DNA of 39,002 nucleotides. It comes from a virus. Taxonomy: Duplodnaviria; Caudoviricetes. The notes beneath the pieces are model-generated. The model was not told where the DNA came from. It worked only from the letters and a program-made list of their open reading frames with translations, and made no database searches. Each line of letters opens with the position of its first letter. Position 1 is the stretch's first letter. This document shows positions 1 to 8,969 of the stretch, piece after piece. The stretch lies in IMG/VR virus record IMGVR_UViG_3300016467_000609, positions 1-39,002 of that record. One strand, 5' to 3'. The position numbers and the translations under genes were made by a program.

Positions 1-2
1 AT

Positions 3-332
3 CACCCCTGCACGATCTGGGCGGGCAAGACGGCGCACAACTATGCCTGGCTGTGGCATCACGGCCGCGCACTGTGCGAGGAGTACACCTATCGGTACGG
101 CAAGCTGCACGCCACGTTTCCGTACTTCAAGGGCGTTCTACGCGACATGCCTGAGCTGCCACGCACCGGCCTGACGCCATTTGCGCTGGCCATGCCTGAC
201 GAGTTCCGCGATCCCGACCCGGTGATCGCCTATCGCAAGTTCTACATCGGCGCCAAGGCCCACTTCGCAACCTGGAAGCAGAGGTCAGAGCCGCTGTGGT
301 TCACCCTGAAACAACCTGAATTGGAGCTCTGA
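3..332 (+). CDS. Pyrimidine-dimer DNA glycosylase/endonuclease V-like phage protein (5' truncated by window)
   Basis: Frame from nt 3 reads HPCTIWAGKTAHNYAWLWHHGRALCEEYTYRYGKLH...FALAMPDEFR..DPVIAYRKFY...K..FATWK.R..P.WF, typical of this phage family; continuous with ORF 147..332. Confidence 0.75.
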   Translation, partial: HPCTIWAGKTAHNYAWLWHHGRALCEEYTYRYGKLHATFPYFKGVLRDMPELPRTGLTPFALAMPDEFRDPDPVIAYRKFYIGAKAHFATWKQRSEPLWFTLKQPELEL

Positions 333-334
333 CT

Positions 335-892
335 ATGGAGATCGAACCCAACATCACGCACGAAGTACGCCAACACCTGCTCGGCATGGGCTATGACAGC
401 ATCACGAACTACATCGTTCCTGGTTTGAGTAGCCACCTGATTGGTGAGGACGCTCGTTCCTCTCAGAAGGTTCGGATGTTCTGCAACCACCGCACGCAGG
501 ACATGCCGATCACGCCTCACAGCCATCGGTTCGATCTGGCCTGCATGGTGCTGCACGGCTCGGTGGAGAACACGATCTACGCCGAACCACAGCATCTAGG
601 CCAGGCCGACGAGTTCTTCGTCAGCAGCCTGGTCTATGACGGCAATCCAGGCCAGTACTACAAGCTGGAAGACGGTCAGCGGAGCTTCTCTCGAAGCGCC
701 CGCACCTACACGGCAGGCCAGTGGTACTTCATGACCCACGATCAAATCCACTCGATCACGTTCAGCAAGGACGCGATGGTGCTGATCTTCGAGGGTGAAG
801 CCAAGACAGATCGTTCGATGATCCTCGAGCCCTACGTCTTTGGCGAGCACATCAAGACCTTCAAGGTCGAAGACTGGATGTTCAAGGCATGA
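335..892 (+). CDS. Cupin/double-stranded beta-helix protein, putative metal-dependent enzyme
   Basis: PHSHRFD..C.VLHG..EN plus distal GQWYFM..DQIHSI, the two cupin metal-binding motifs. Confidence 0.55.
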   Translation: MEIEPNITHEVRQHLLGMGYDSITNYIVPGLSSHLIGEDARSSQKVRMFCNHRTQDMPITPHSHRFDLACMVLHGSVENTIYAEPQHLGQADEFFVSSLVYDGNPGQYYKLEDGQRSFSRSARTYTAGQWYFMTHDQIHSITFSKDAMVLIFEGEAKTDRSMILEPYVFGEHIKTFKVEDWMFKA

Positions 893-1350
893 GCAGCTCC
901 TTCACGTACATCGACCGTACTGGACGCAAGATCGACCACGGCGAATGGCTCAAGCGCCTGGCTGACGACAGCTATCGGACCGTCCGTCAGTTCGACAACG
1001 GCATCGTTCAGGTCAGCCTGTTCTGGGTAGGCAAGCTCAACCGCTTGCAGGCGCAGTCCTTTCGAGACACATGGCCTGTGTTCTCCGTTCGCGTTCTCAA
1101 CTACAAGGCCGATGGATCGTTGGCAGCCGATCCGGTCGATGACAACCGAACCTTCCACGATGAAGAATCGGCGCTCGACTGGTACGAGGAGTTCCTGACG
1201 ACATGGACAGAGTCAGTCATCGACGACGATGGCAAGCTCGTCGAAGTGGACAACCACCTCGCACCGCCACCACCGCCCGACCCTGATGCGCCAACCTCGA
1301 GTGCGGAAACCGTCAAGGGTCTTCCGGACGATCTGGGCGCTGCCTGGTAG
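889..1350 (+). CDS. Hypothetical phage protein
   Basis: ATGA overlap with upstream gene; phage-like codon usage; acidic Pro-rich tail. Confidence 0.75.
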   Translation: MSSSFTYIDRTGRKIDHGEWLKRLADDSYRTVRQFDNGIVQVSLFWVGKLNRLQAQSFRDTWPVFSVRVLNYKADGSLAADPVDDNRTFHDEESALDWYEEFLTTWTESVIDDDGKLVEVDNHLAPPPPPDPDAPTSSAETVKGLPDDLGAAW

Positions 1351-1594
1351 GTACGGCGGCGCTGCTGTATAGGCAGCTGCTGGCTCGTATCTATTCAACT
1401 TTGGCGACTGCGTGTCGCCATTGCCTTTGTCCATGCAGCTCCATGGGCACTCCACCGCTTCTCGAATCCATTCACATTTGCCCAACGGCTAGCATTGCAT
1501 GTCCGCTCGTGGTCGAGTATTCGCGCACGCCGGCGCGCATTACTAAGTTTGTTCCAACCACGGCATGTCTCCAATGATGTGTCCTGAGAAGTGG

Positions 1595-1723
1595 TTGTAT
1601 GTCCAAGCCGCGATGGTCAAAATTCAATCATCGACGAACGACATGAAAAGGAATGCACTGCGAAGGCAACCACGAATTCTTCCAAGCAAAATGCTTGTGA
1701 CTCCAAGATTCGCACCGTACATT
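1595..1723 (+). promoter_or_regulatory. Two tandem sigma70-like promoters carrying a TCCA box
   Basis: TTGTAT-17-CAAAAT (1595-1623) and TTGTGA-17-TACATT (1695-1723); spacers begin GTCCAAG/CTCCAAG and both are followed by TCAATCATCG. Confidence 0.65.
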
Positions 1724-1780
1724 TCAATCATCGAATTTTTCGATACCCAAACCCTCAACTTTGAACGGAGATTTTTCCAA

Positions 1781-2605
1781 ATGAGCAAGAAAGCCAAAAC
1801 CAACCAGCCCGCCAACCTCGACACCTTCTTCCACATGGTCGGTGTTCAGGACGCGGCCACCGCAACCGCCGATGACGCTCTGCTGTCCTCGATGCTCGGT
1901 GATCTGATCGAGGATGAAGTCGAGGAGGCTGCCGTCGAGCCCGCAACGCTCGAAGCCGCAGTCGCCGAAGTCGAGAAGGCTGAAGCAGTGCAGGAGCTGT
2001 ACGCCGAGCACGACGGCGAGGAAGTTGTCGCCGCAGCTGACAAGCCCAGCACCGACCCCGAAGCCGCCACCGCGAAGGTCAAGAAGGCGAAGAAAGCGAA
2101 GGAGCCGAAGGAGCCCAAAGCGCCTCGCGTGACCAGCATCACGCACAAGCCTGGCGACCGTCTGCTGGCGCTGCTGGGCGGCAACAAGGGTCTGCTGACC
2201 TTCTCGAAGGACGATGACACGATCGCTGCCGAAGCCCGTGCCGACAAGTTCATCACGGACATGAACGACCGCGACGCCATCGCTGACAAGGTCAAGGACA
2301 AGGCCATCATGCTGCTGACCTGGATCGCATCGGGCAAGGACGTTGGCGCGCTCAATGAGGTTCTGCTTCGGACGTTCAAGGTGCTGTTCGAGCAGGGCGA
2401 ACTGACCAGCGGCAAGAATGGCAACCTGCAGACGAACCTGCTGTCCAAACCGTACAGCCCTGGCACCGCCGCGTCGCAGGCCAATCAGATGTTCATGCTG
2501 CTGCCGATCCTCGGTGTGACGATGCGCGAGAAGGGCAAGATGGTGGCCAATCCCGACAGCATCATCGCCGAAGCGATGAAGGTGAAACTCGGCTACGCCG
2601 CCTAA
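1781..2605 (+). CDS. Hypothetical protein: acidic N-terminus, Lys-rich linker, putative helical DNA-binding C-domain
   Basis: ATG 1781 after GGAG; strongly biased codons; C-terminal S.GTA.SQA motif shared with 12766..13389. Confidence 0.8.
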   Translation: MSKKAKTNQPANLDTFFHMVGVQDAATATADDALLSSMLGDLIEDEVEEAAVEPATLEAAVAEVEKAEAVQELYAEHDGEEVVAAADKPSTDPEAATAKVKKAKKAKEPKEPKAPRVTSITHKPGDRLLALLGGNKGLLTFSKDDDTIAAEARADKFITDMNDRDAIADKVKDKAIMLLTWIASGKDVGALNEVLLRTFKVLFEQGELTSGKNGNLQTNLLSKPYSPGTAASQANQMFMLLPILGVTMREKGKMVANPDSIIAEAMKVKLGYAA

Positions 2606-2683
2606 GTCACCAGTGAGAGGGGCGCTCTGCGCCTCTTTCACCAGAAGGTTTCAGGCATTGGAGCTTTCTGGTGAAAGGACTAC

Positions 2684-2917
2684 ATGCACAACTTTGAATA
2701 CGCGGAGCGCGCCAAGATGCTTCAGATGCTTCGTGAGCGCAGCGCCTACAAGGACATGGCCTGGCAGATGCAGGCAGCACTGAAGGCGATTGCGAACGGT
2801 GATGGCGACGCCCAGCTGATCGCGCAACAGACTTTGGATCAACTTCAGAAGGAGTATGGAAATGGACCTGAGCAAACTGGAGCTCATGACGACGGATGCA
2901 CTTCGAGCCATCCGTGA
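2684..2917 (+). CDS. Hypothetical protein
   Basis: AAAGGA RBS upstream; 3' end overlaps next ORF. Confidence 0.55.
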   Translation: MHNFEYAERAKMLQMLRERSAYKDMAWQMQAALKAIANGDGDAQLIAQQTLDQLQKEYGNGPEQTGAHDDGCTSSHP

Positions 2918-3212
2918 CAAGTGCGAAGCCGTTCTGACCACGCGAGTGGACAACCAGCTGCGAAGTGGCTCGATCGCATCGTTCAAGGATCGGGACGGCA
3001 GCATCCGATACCTGCGCGTGAATCGGGTCAATGGCAAGAGCGTGAGTGGCGTCGAATGTGATCCGACGACCTACGGTGCCATCAGCACGACCCGGTGGAG
3101 GGTAGGGCGCAGCCTTCTGACGGTGATCGCGAACCCTGGCGTCAAGCCTGCAGCGGTCGCAAAGCCTGCAGTGCCGTACAGACCGACCAGCGTACCGGAC
3201 AGCGCCTGGTGA
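2862..3212 (+). CDS. Hypothetical protein
   Basis: AAGGAG RBS 7 nt upstream of ATG 2862; followed by a terminator. Confidence 0.7.
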   Translation: MDLSKLELMTTDALRAIRDKCEAVLTTRVDNQLRSGSIASFKDRDGSIRYLRVNRVNGKSVSGVECDPTTYGAISTTRWRVGRSLLTVIANPGVKPAAVAKPAVPYRPTSVPDSAW

Positions 3213-3217
3213 ACCGG

Positions 3218-3247
3218 AGCAGGGCCTCGAGTCCTGCTTTTGTGTTT
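3218..3247 (+). terminator. Intrinsic terminator
   Basis: AGCAGGGC-ctcga-GTCCTGCT followed by TTTGTGTTT. Confidence 0.6.
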
Positions 3248-3488
3248 CTCATACCATCCATGGACGGCCCAATGCTTCATAAATGGCACACAAGGCAGCT
3301 TTGTGCGCGTTTTATGCAGCATCGAGCGCCGGCAGGCCAGTGTCAGCCGACCACCAGAACGAGCGGCGTGACGATTCCAAGGTGTCGGTAGTACCTGACC
3401 ACCACCGACAAAACGAACGCAAGGCCGCTCGATTAAATCGCTCACCTCCAAGAGCTTGGCGACATTCGTGGGCAGCTGCGATGGAAGC

Positions 3489-3517
3489 TACACAGTCCAA
3501 CGTGGGGCTGGTCAAAT
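3489..3517 (+). promoter_or_regulatory. TCCA-box promoter
   Basis: TACACA-GTCCAAC..(17)-TCAAAT then TCAATCATCG; downstream part nearly identical to the 1595 promoter. Confidence 0.55.
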
Positions 3518-3555
3518 TCAATCATCGCAAGCAACACGAAAGGAGCGCACATGCG

Positions 3556-4239
3556 ATGAGCCAACAAAGCAAACTGCGAATGGACCATATGGTCACGCAA
3601 TATGTCTGGGCGCTGGAGAACGAACAGGCGTTCATGACGAAGGCCAGGTACGAAGCGGAGCGGTCCAACTTTGGGCAGTTCCGACGCCTGGTTGGTAGTT
3701 ACATTCTGCCGACACGAAACCTTCTGGGCGACAACGGCGACCCGGAATTTCTGTCGGGTGCCGAGTGGTCATACCTCTACATGGAGATGTGGTATCGGCT
3801 TCGTTGGGGCGATGAACAGAGGGCGCGCAGCGTCAGCTACCCCAACATGAACAAGTCGGACTGCGACGATTTCAACTTCCACCTGAATCGTCTGGTCGAA
3901 ACCGGCTACATGCTCACGGGGCGAGGCGTCGCTCCTAGATACGAAGGCAGCAAGCCTGACCCCCGTGCCGACATCGGCATTGGCAAACCCCTTAACCCCA
4001 TCGAACCTATTCAGGAGAACAAAATGTCCAATCAAATTACCATCGTGAACAAGACCCTCATCAACGGCGTGGATGTGACCACTCTGTCCGACGAGCAGCT
4101 GATCGACGCCATCAAGAAGGTGGAAAAGGAGATCGAGGAGCTCAAGGCCGTCAAGACCAAGTCCAAGAAGATCGCCGCCAAGATCGAGGACGCCAACAAG
4201 ACGCTGACTACCCTCGTGGAGCTGCTGGACGGCCGTTGA
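3556..4239 (+). CDS. Hypothetical protein with C-terminal coiled coil; possible internal start at 4024
   Basis: AAAGGAG RBS near 3540; second RBS CAGGAG before in-frame ATG 4024. Confidence 0.7.
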   Translation: MSQQSKLRMDHMVTQYVWALENEQAFMTKARYEAERSNFGQFRRLVGSYILPTRNLLGDNGDPEFLSGAEWSYLYMEMWYRLRWGDEQRARSVSYPNMNKSDCDDFNFHLNRLVETGYMLTGRGVAPRYEGSKPDPRADIGIGKPLNPIEPIQENKMSNQITIVNKTLINGVDVTTLSDEQLIDAIKKVEKEIEELKAVKTKSKKIAAKIEDANKTLTTLVELLDGR

Positions 4240-4260
4240 TCGGCTCGTTTATGGCAATCA

Positions 4261-4301
4261 GTCATCGGTGACTTGCACTTCCATAAGTCATCGGTGACAC
4301 T
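4261..4301 (+). promoter_or_regulatory. Promoter with two identical GTCATCGGTGAC operator-like sites
   Basis: Sites at 4261-4272 and 4287-4298; TTGCAC(4273)-17-GACACT(4296), spacer begins TTCCA. Confidence 0.65.
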
Positions 4302-4335
4302 ATCAATGTCGATTTTGACAGCAAAGGAGAACCAC

Positions 4336-4848
4336 ATGGGCCTCGATATGTACGCCTACAAGGCACGCGCCGACCTCGTCGGTGACGATCAAGTGGACGT
4401 TCCCGTCCGCGAACGCGCACACAAAGCCATCGGCTTCACGCTCTGGAGCGATGAGGACTACGCCAACAAGACCGATCAGGAGAAGCAGGCGTACTGGAAG
4501 GCTCGGGACGACGCCGACACTCGCATCCAGCAAGAAGGTCTGATGGACACCGACTTCGCCTACTGGCGCAAGTTCAATCACCTGCACGGCTGGATGGAGC
4601 AGCTGTACCGACAGAAGGGCGGAACTCGGGACTCGTTCAACTGCACCACGGTGCGGCTGATGCCTGACGACCTCGATCGCCTGGCTTCGCTTGCGACGAT
4701 GAAGGCGCTGGCGCCCACTGCGGGCTTCTTCTTCGGCGGTCAAGAGCCGTTCGGGGATGAAGACAAAGAGGAGGTGCTGGCGTTCGTTGCGAAGGCCCGC
4801 GAGGCAATCGCCGACGGCTATGCCGTTCTGTACGACTCCTGGTGGTGA
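4336..4848 (+). CDS. Conserved phage protein (MGLDMY...YWRK...YDSWW type)
   Basis: AAAGGAG RBS; MGLDMY start, YWRKFNHLHGWM and terminal YDSWW motifs common in phage hypotheticals. Confidence 0.75.
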   Translation: MGLDMYAYKARADLVGDDQVDVPVRERAHKAIGFTLWSDEDYANKTDQEKQAYWKARDDADTRIQQEGLMDTDFAYWRKFNHLHGWMEQLYRQKGGTRDSFNCTTVRLMPDDLDRLASLATMKALAPTAGFFFGGQEPFGDEDKEEVLAFVAKAREAIADGYAVLYDSWW

Positions 4849-4851
4849 ATC

Positions 4852-5565
4852 ATGAGCCTTCCGCACATTGACCAAGTATCGGCGTCCAACACCTTCGTGG
4901 TGGCAAGCGGCGCGCTGCGGGTGACGGACCCGTGCTACGACATGGGAACGTGGTGCGCCGGCCAACTCGATGCCGTCATGGACGGCATCTGGGAGGCGCA
5001 TGTGGGCTACCACAAGGACGCCTTCGACGAGGAGATGACCGAGAAGTGGCTCGCGGGCGAGGAGGAGCGTATCAACGAAATGGCCAAGCGCTTCGGGGAG
5101 AACGGCGACACCTACACCCAGTTCGAGCGTGAGCGTCTGGCCAAAAAGCGTGCCGAGTTCGCCGCTCACCCCGGTCGTGTCGCCTATCTGCACATCGTCA
5201 ATATCGGTGCCGAACGGCACTTCGACCACATGGCCGAACTCGACTCCACTTGGGAGAACAGCGGCATCCACGTAGGTGTGGATTCGGGCCAGGCAGGCTT
5301 CTTCGATCTGGAGATGTTCGCCACCGTCTGCAAGGAAGAGGCAGTCAAGGACAAGTTCTACGACGAAATCTGCGACCTGACGTTGGCTGATGCGAGTTGG
5401 GGCGTCCATCCCACAGGTGTCGTGTCCAGCTCGGGATACGGCGATGGCGGTTACGACTGTCTGGTGCGGCGCGTGGACGGCGTGGTTGTCGAGGCCATGC
5501 TGGTCTACCTCTGGGAAGAGGAGCCGCAGGATGAAGAGGACGAAGAACTCGAATCGGACGATTGA
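4852..5565 (+). CDS. DUF4241-like protein
   Basis: V.SG.L.VTDPCY, GVDSGQAGFFD and SSSGYGDGGY motifs. Confidence 0.6.
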   Translation: MSLPHIDQVSASNTFVVASGALRVTDPCYDMGTWCAGQLDAVMDGIWEAHVGYHKDAFDEEMTEKWLAGEEERINEMAKRFGENGDTYTQFERERLAKKRAEFAAHPGRVAYLHIVNIGAERHFDHMAELDSTWENSGIHVGVDSGQAGFFDLEMFATVCKEEAVKDKFYDEICDLTLADASWGVHPTGVVSSSGYGDGGYDCLVRRVDGVVVEAMLVYLWEEEPQDEEDEELESDD

Positions 5566-5573
5566 TCGGGTAA

Positions 5574-5615
5574 GTCACCAGTGACCTTGTATGTCCAAGG
5601 TTCGCTGGTGACAAT
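5574..5615 (+). promoter_or_regulatory. Operator GTCACCAGTGAC adjacent to a TCCA-box promoter
   Basis: Operator 5574-5585; TTGTAT(5587)-GTCCAAGG..17-GACAAT(5610). Confidence 0.7.
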
Positions 5616-5648
5616 GAACCATCAGCAACCGAACGAGAGGAGATCGAC

Positions 5649-5900
5649 ATGATCCAGCTGTACTTCAGGCGCAAGCACCTGCCGTCAGGGCGCATCTATA
5701 TCGCCCAATTCAACGCCTCGCACACGCCGCTGTTCGAGCACCTGCCAATCAGGCACCTGGAGCTCGAACTGCGCCGAACGATCGACCGATGGAATCGTCA
5801 GCAACCGAACGACTGGCGTTACGACTACATCGGCATTCGAAACGAGGAAGTGGCCAACTACGAGAAGGAGCAGTCATGTCTCAAGCCCGCATCCATCTGA
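5649..5900 (+). CDS. Hypothetical protein
   Basis: GAGGAG RBS downstream of promoter. Confidence 0.65.
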   Translation: MIQLYFRRKHLPSGRIYIAQFNASHTPLFEHLPIRHLELELRRTIDRWNRQQPNDWRYDYIGIRNEEVANYEKEQSCLKPASI

Positions 5901-6139
5901 CACTGACCGGCGTGTACGCCGGCACTCCCATCTGCGGAGCCGTACGTGAGCCACATGACGACGGCGTCCACATGATCTACGCACCGCTGGACAACCCCGA
6001 GTGGCGCGCTCAGGTCTGCCCCGACTGTCTGAAAGCCTACATCGAGAGCTTCGAGCCCGAAGAACTCGCAGGTATGCCTGACGACCACTGGGTCAAGCAG
6101 GCAGCGCTCAAGCCCTCGAGCCAGCAGGAGCTGTTCTGA
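5876..6139 (+). CDS. Small putative zinc-binding protein
   Basis: AAGGAG RBS; H...C...CPDC ligand pattern. Confidence 0.6.
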   Translation: MSQARIHLTLTGVYAGTPICGAVREPHDDGVHMIYAPLDNPEWRAQVCPDCLKAYIESFEPEELAGMPDDHWVKQAALKPSSQQELF

Positions 6140-6333
6140 TGGAGACGGGCGGCAAGTACACGTTCCACAAGGGTTGCAACTGCGCCATGTGTCGGCTCGG
6201 CCGCAACAGGTACAAGCGCAATCTCAACGAAAGGAAGCTCCGACGCATGAGCAAGAAGGAGCTTCTCAACTACGTCCTCAAGGGCGCAGAGGACGCTCAC
6301 ATCCACCCCATTTCAACCCCCTATACCGACTGA
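6139..6333 (+). CDS. Small basic Cys-rich protein
   Basis: TGATG coupling; HKGCNCAMC motif. Confidence 0.6.
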   Translation: METGGKYTFHKGCNCAMCRLGRNRYKRNLNERKLRRMSKKELLNYVLKGAEDAHIHPISTPYTD

Positions 6334-6343
6334 AGGAAAAGCT

Positions 6344-7096
6344 ATGACGCAGGAACATCTGCTGAATAAGGCGCTGCCCAAGTGGCCGCAAATGCTGGTC
6401 ACGGGCGAATCCGTGACGCCGGAGCAGGCGAAGGAGATCATCTTTCGCACGGATGGCTTTTTGACCGACACCTACGACCTGGCCGGTGGCAATCGGAAGG
6501 AGTTTACGGAGTGGTATCAGGCCAGAGCCGGCCTGGATCGGTATGTCGTGCGTGATTGGCAAGACCAGAGCGAAGAAGCCAAAGCCAAGCGCAAGAAGAA
6601 CTGGCCGTTCGGACGCATGGTGCGAGAGCGGGCAGGCTACATCTCCACCAACTACGTCACGAACGATTGGGCCTCGTGCTGCTTCGTATGGGGCGCGCAT
6701 GGCTGGTGCTCGCCCGAAGGCCGCATCCACTTTGTTGACAACGTCGGCAAGTGGCCGAGTGTCGCCGACGTGCTCGAGGACTGGACGACGCTGGCTCGAG
6801 AGTTTCCATTCCTCAAGCTCGTGGCCACATTGATGAGCGGGGAGGGCGGGGAGGATGACGCCCAGCCTGTCGTGAACATCGTTGTCCAGAACGGTACGGC
6901 TTGGCTCGAGGAGGGAGAGTTGAGCGTCCACCGCAAAGATGTGCCGCATCGGCGCAACTGGGACGATCTGCCTGCCTTGTTCAACGACCCCTACAAGGAG
7001 CTTGGCCTGCCTGCCGAAATGAGCGAGGAGTTCGCCGATCGGGTGCTCGCCATCACCAGCGCCATCAGCGATTCCGATGTGGAGTCGGAGGCCTGA
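6344..7096 (+). CDS. Hypothetical phage protein
   Basis: AAGGA RBS; 250-aa ORF with phage codon usage. Confidence 0.75.
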   Translation: MTQEHLLNKALPKWPQMLVTGESVTPEQAKEIIFRTDGFLTDTYDLAGGNRKEFTEWYQARAGLDRYVVRDWQDQSEEAKAKRKKNWPFGRMVRERAGYISTNYVTNDWASCCFVWGAHGWCSPEGRIHFVDNVGKWPSVADVLEDWTTLAREFPFLKLVATLMSGEGGEDDAQPVVNIVVQNGTAWLEEGELSVHRKDVPHRRNWDDLPALFNDPYKELGLPAEMSEEFADRVLAITSAISDSDVESEA

Positions 7097-7168
7097 TGTT
7101 CTTTGCCATCTGCTGCTGCATTGCGTATGGCGTGTTGTTCGGAAGTTCGAAGTAGCCAAGCCAGATGC

Positions 7169-7212
7169 TTGTGTGTCCACCTTCGGCTTCTGACAATTAA
7201 GTCACCAGCAAC
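7169..7212 (+). promoter_or_regulatory. TCCA-box promoter with degenerate operator near +1
   Basis: TTGTGT-GTCCACC..17-GACAAT(7192) then TAAGTCACCAGCAAC. Confidence 0.65.
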
Positions 7213-7231
7213 GAAACAAAGGAGAAAGCAA

Positions 7232-7468
7232 ATGCAGCCCTATGACTTCAGCCTGAAGACGAAAGTCGGCAAATTCGAAGTCCAGATCGACCCTGTGGCC
7301 ATGTATGGATGGTTCGAGCATGACGAGCTGGGTGACGAAGCGGGCGGTGGCCTGTGGTTCGACGGTGACGAACTGATGGACTACGACGGCATGGCGATTC
7401 TGCCCAAGTCGGTCATTGAAGCCATTCGAAATCTCGGTCTGAAGGTCGGCGAGGAGTTTGAACTGTGA
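7232..7468 (+). CDS. Small acidic hypothetical protein
   Basis: AAAGGAG RBS, ATG 7232. Confidence 0.7.
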   Translation: MQPYDFSLKTKVGKFEVQIDPVAMYGWFEHDELGDEAGGGLWFDGDELMDYDGMAILPKSVIEAIRNLGLKVGEEFEL

Positions 7469-7665
7469 GGCTTCTCATGCTTCAGGGCGACATGGTCGCC
7501 ATCTACGAGAACCGGACGCGACTGGCGGTATTCGCTGGCGCGCTCCAGCTCGATTCCACCAGCGCCGAGCAGCTTCGCCTGGCGTCTCGCAAATCCATTC
7601 TGGAAACACCTATCGAGGAGAGCAATCATGGCAACCAAGACCAAACGCCACCGTCTGCAGCTTGA
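7465..7665 (+). CDS. Hypothetical protein
   Basis: GTGA overlap with upstream stop; GAGGAG upstream. Confidence 0.5.
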   Translation: MRLLMLQGDMVAIYENRTRLAVFAGALQLDSTSAEQLRLASRKSILETPIEESNHGNQDQTPPSAA

Positions 7666-7810
7666 ACTGCAGGAGCCCATCAGCGACGCCTACAGCGATC
7701 CGCTGTCGTTCGATGCCGTCTCGGAGCTTCGGGACTACCTGGAGAACGAATTCAACAATCACGGCATTCGTGTCCACATGCAGGTGATCGAGGAGGATCA
7801 ATATGCCTGA
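7628..7810 (+). CDS. Hypothetical protein
   Basis: GAGGAG RBS. Confidence 0.6.
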   Translation: MATKTKRHRLQLELQEPISDAYSDPLSFDAVSELRDYLENEFNNHGIRVHMQVIEEDQYA

Positions 7811-8144
7811 TCGAACCATCGCCAAGTGCCTGAAGACGCAGCTGGTGCATGGCACCGAGCAGGTCACGTACCTCCTGCCGTACGAGGGCAACCTCACCGA
7901 AGCCAAGTTCGCGGCGCTGGCTGAGAAGTGGGCCAGGATGATCGCCCACTTCTACACCCACAAGCACAGCGTCTCCTATGAGTCGGTCAGGGACCAGCTG
8001 CAAAAGCGCCTGAAGTCCGAGTGGTACACCGGACGCGAGCGGAACGTGACCATCGAGAAGGATTCGCATGGCACGTACACGCTCAAAGGCGAGAACTGGT
8101 TCTTCTACGGATGGCTGGAACATCACTTCAAGGTGGTGGCATGA
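7803..8144 (+). CDS. Hypothetical protein
   Basis: GAGGAGG RBS; overlapping junctions at both ends. Confidence 0.7.
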   Translation: MPDRTIAKCLKTQLVHGTEQVTYLLPYEGNLTEAKFAALAEKWARMIAHFYTHKHSVSYESVRDQLQKRLKSEWYTGRERNVTIEKDSHGTYTLKGENWFFYGWLEHHFKVVA

Positions 8145-8341
8145 GAACGCACAACGGCCGACCCGTCACCTGCAGGCTGATGGAGCTGATGGACGAGGGT
8201 ACGTTGGACCCCCGAGCCGTCGCCGATGCCTGCCTTGTCTACTTCAGCGAGGACGATGTGGCTTCGATGGCTCACGCCAACGAGCTGCCTGTCGGTGAAG
8301 AGGAAGAGGAAGAATCATCGGACGATGACGAGGATGACTAG
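8141..8341 (+). CDS. Small acidic hypothetical protein
   Basis: ATGA coupling at 8141; highly acidic tail. Confidence 0.65.
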   Translation: MRTHNGRPVTCRLMELMDEGTLDPRAVADACLVYFSEDDVASMAHANELPVGEEEEEESSDDDEDD

Positions 8342-8381
8342 CAACTCCATCTTTCGCTGGTCAGAATAAGTCATCAGTAAC
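8339..8381 (+). promoter_or_regulatory. TCCA-box promoter with near-consensus operator
   Basis: TAGCAA-CTCCATC..17-CAGAAT(8362), then AAGTCATCAGTAAC. Confidence 0.55.
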
Positions 8382-8383
8382 TC

Positions 8384-8737
8384 ATGTTTGGATTTCAGAT
8401 GAAACGCAAACGCACTCCGACCCGCGCCGAACGCGAAGCGATGCAGGCATTTCAGGCCATGCAGCGCAAGTGGGACCAGATGCCCAAGTTCGCACGAACG
8501 CCAGTCATCGCCAAACCCTCGAGCGCCATCCCAGCACTCACCACACCTCCTGGCCGCAGTTCCGGCAAGGAGCACAAGTCGGTGGACACCGGCTTCAACG
8601 GCGGCACCAAGCCTGTACACGGCCTGCGCTACACCGGCACCAAGCTGCTCGGCATCGGCGTGATGCACAAATCCAATTCCGTCCCTGTCTTCAAGGGCGA
8701 GGACGCCATCGACATTGCACGTATGAGGAGGGGCTGA
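8384..8737 (+). CDS. Basic conserved phage protein
   Basis: C-terminal YTGTKLLGIGVMHKSN.VPVF...A.DIARMRR motif seen in many phages. Confidence 0.7.
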   Translation: MFGFQMKRKRTPTRAEREAMQAFQAMQRKWDQMPKFARTPVIAKPSSAIPALTTPPGRSSGKEHKSVDTGFNGGTKPVHGLRYTGTKLLGIGVMHKSNSVPVFKGEDAIDIARMRRG

Positions 8738-8738
8738 C

Positions 8739-8969
8739 ATGGCCATCGACAAAGAGGAATTCGAAGCCAAGCGCGATCAGTTTCTGGCCACACAGGACAA
8801 CACCAACAAGGACGAGTGGTACGACACGAACAGAGGCTTCGCCGAGCACGTTCTGAACGAATTCCACGAGTTCCTGTTCGACGACAGGTCCAAGCAGCAG
8901 CGCAGGCTCCGTTACCTGGAGGCTAAGAAGGCGATCGAGGAGCTCGGCAAGGAGTTTGAAGGTGAGTGA
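8739..8969 (+). CDS. Hypothetical protein
   Basis: GGAGG RBS. Confidence 0.7.
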   Translation: MAIDKEEFEAKRDQFLATQDNTNKDEWYDTNRGFAEHVLNEFHEFLFDDRSKQQRRLRYLEAKKAIEELGKEFEGE

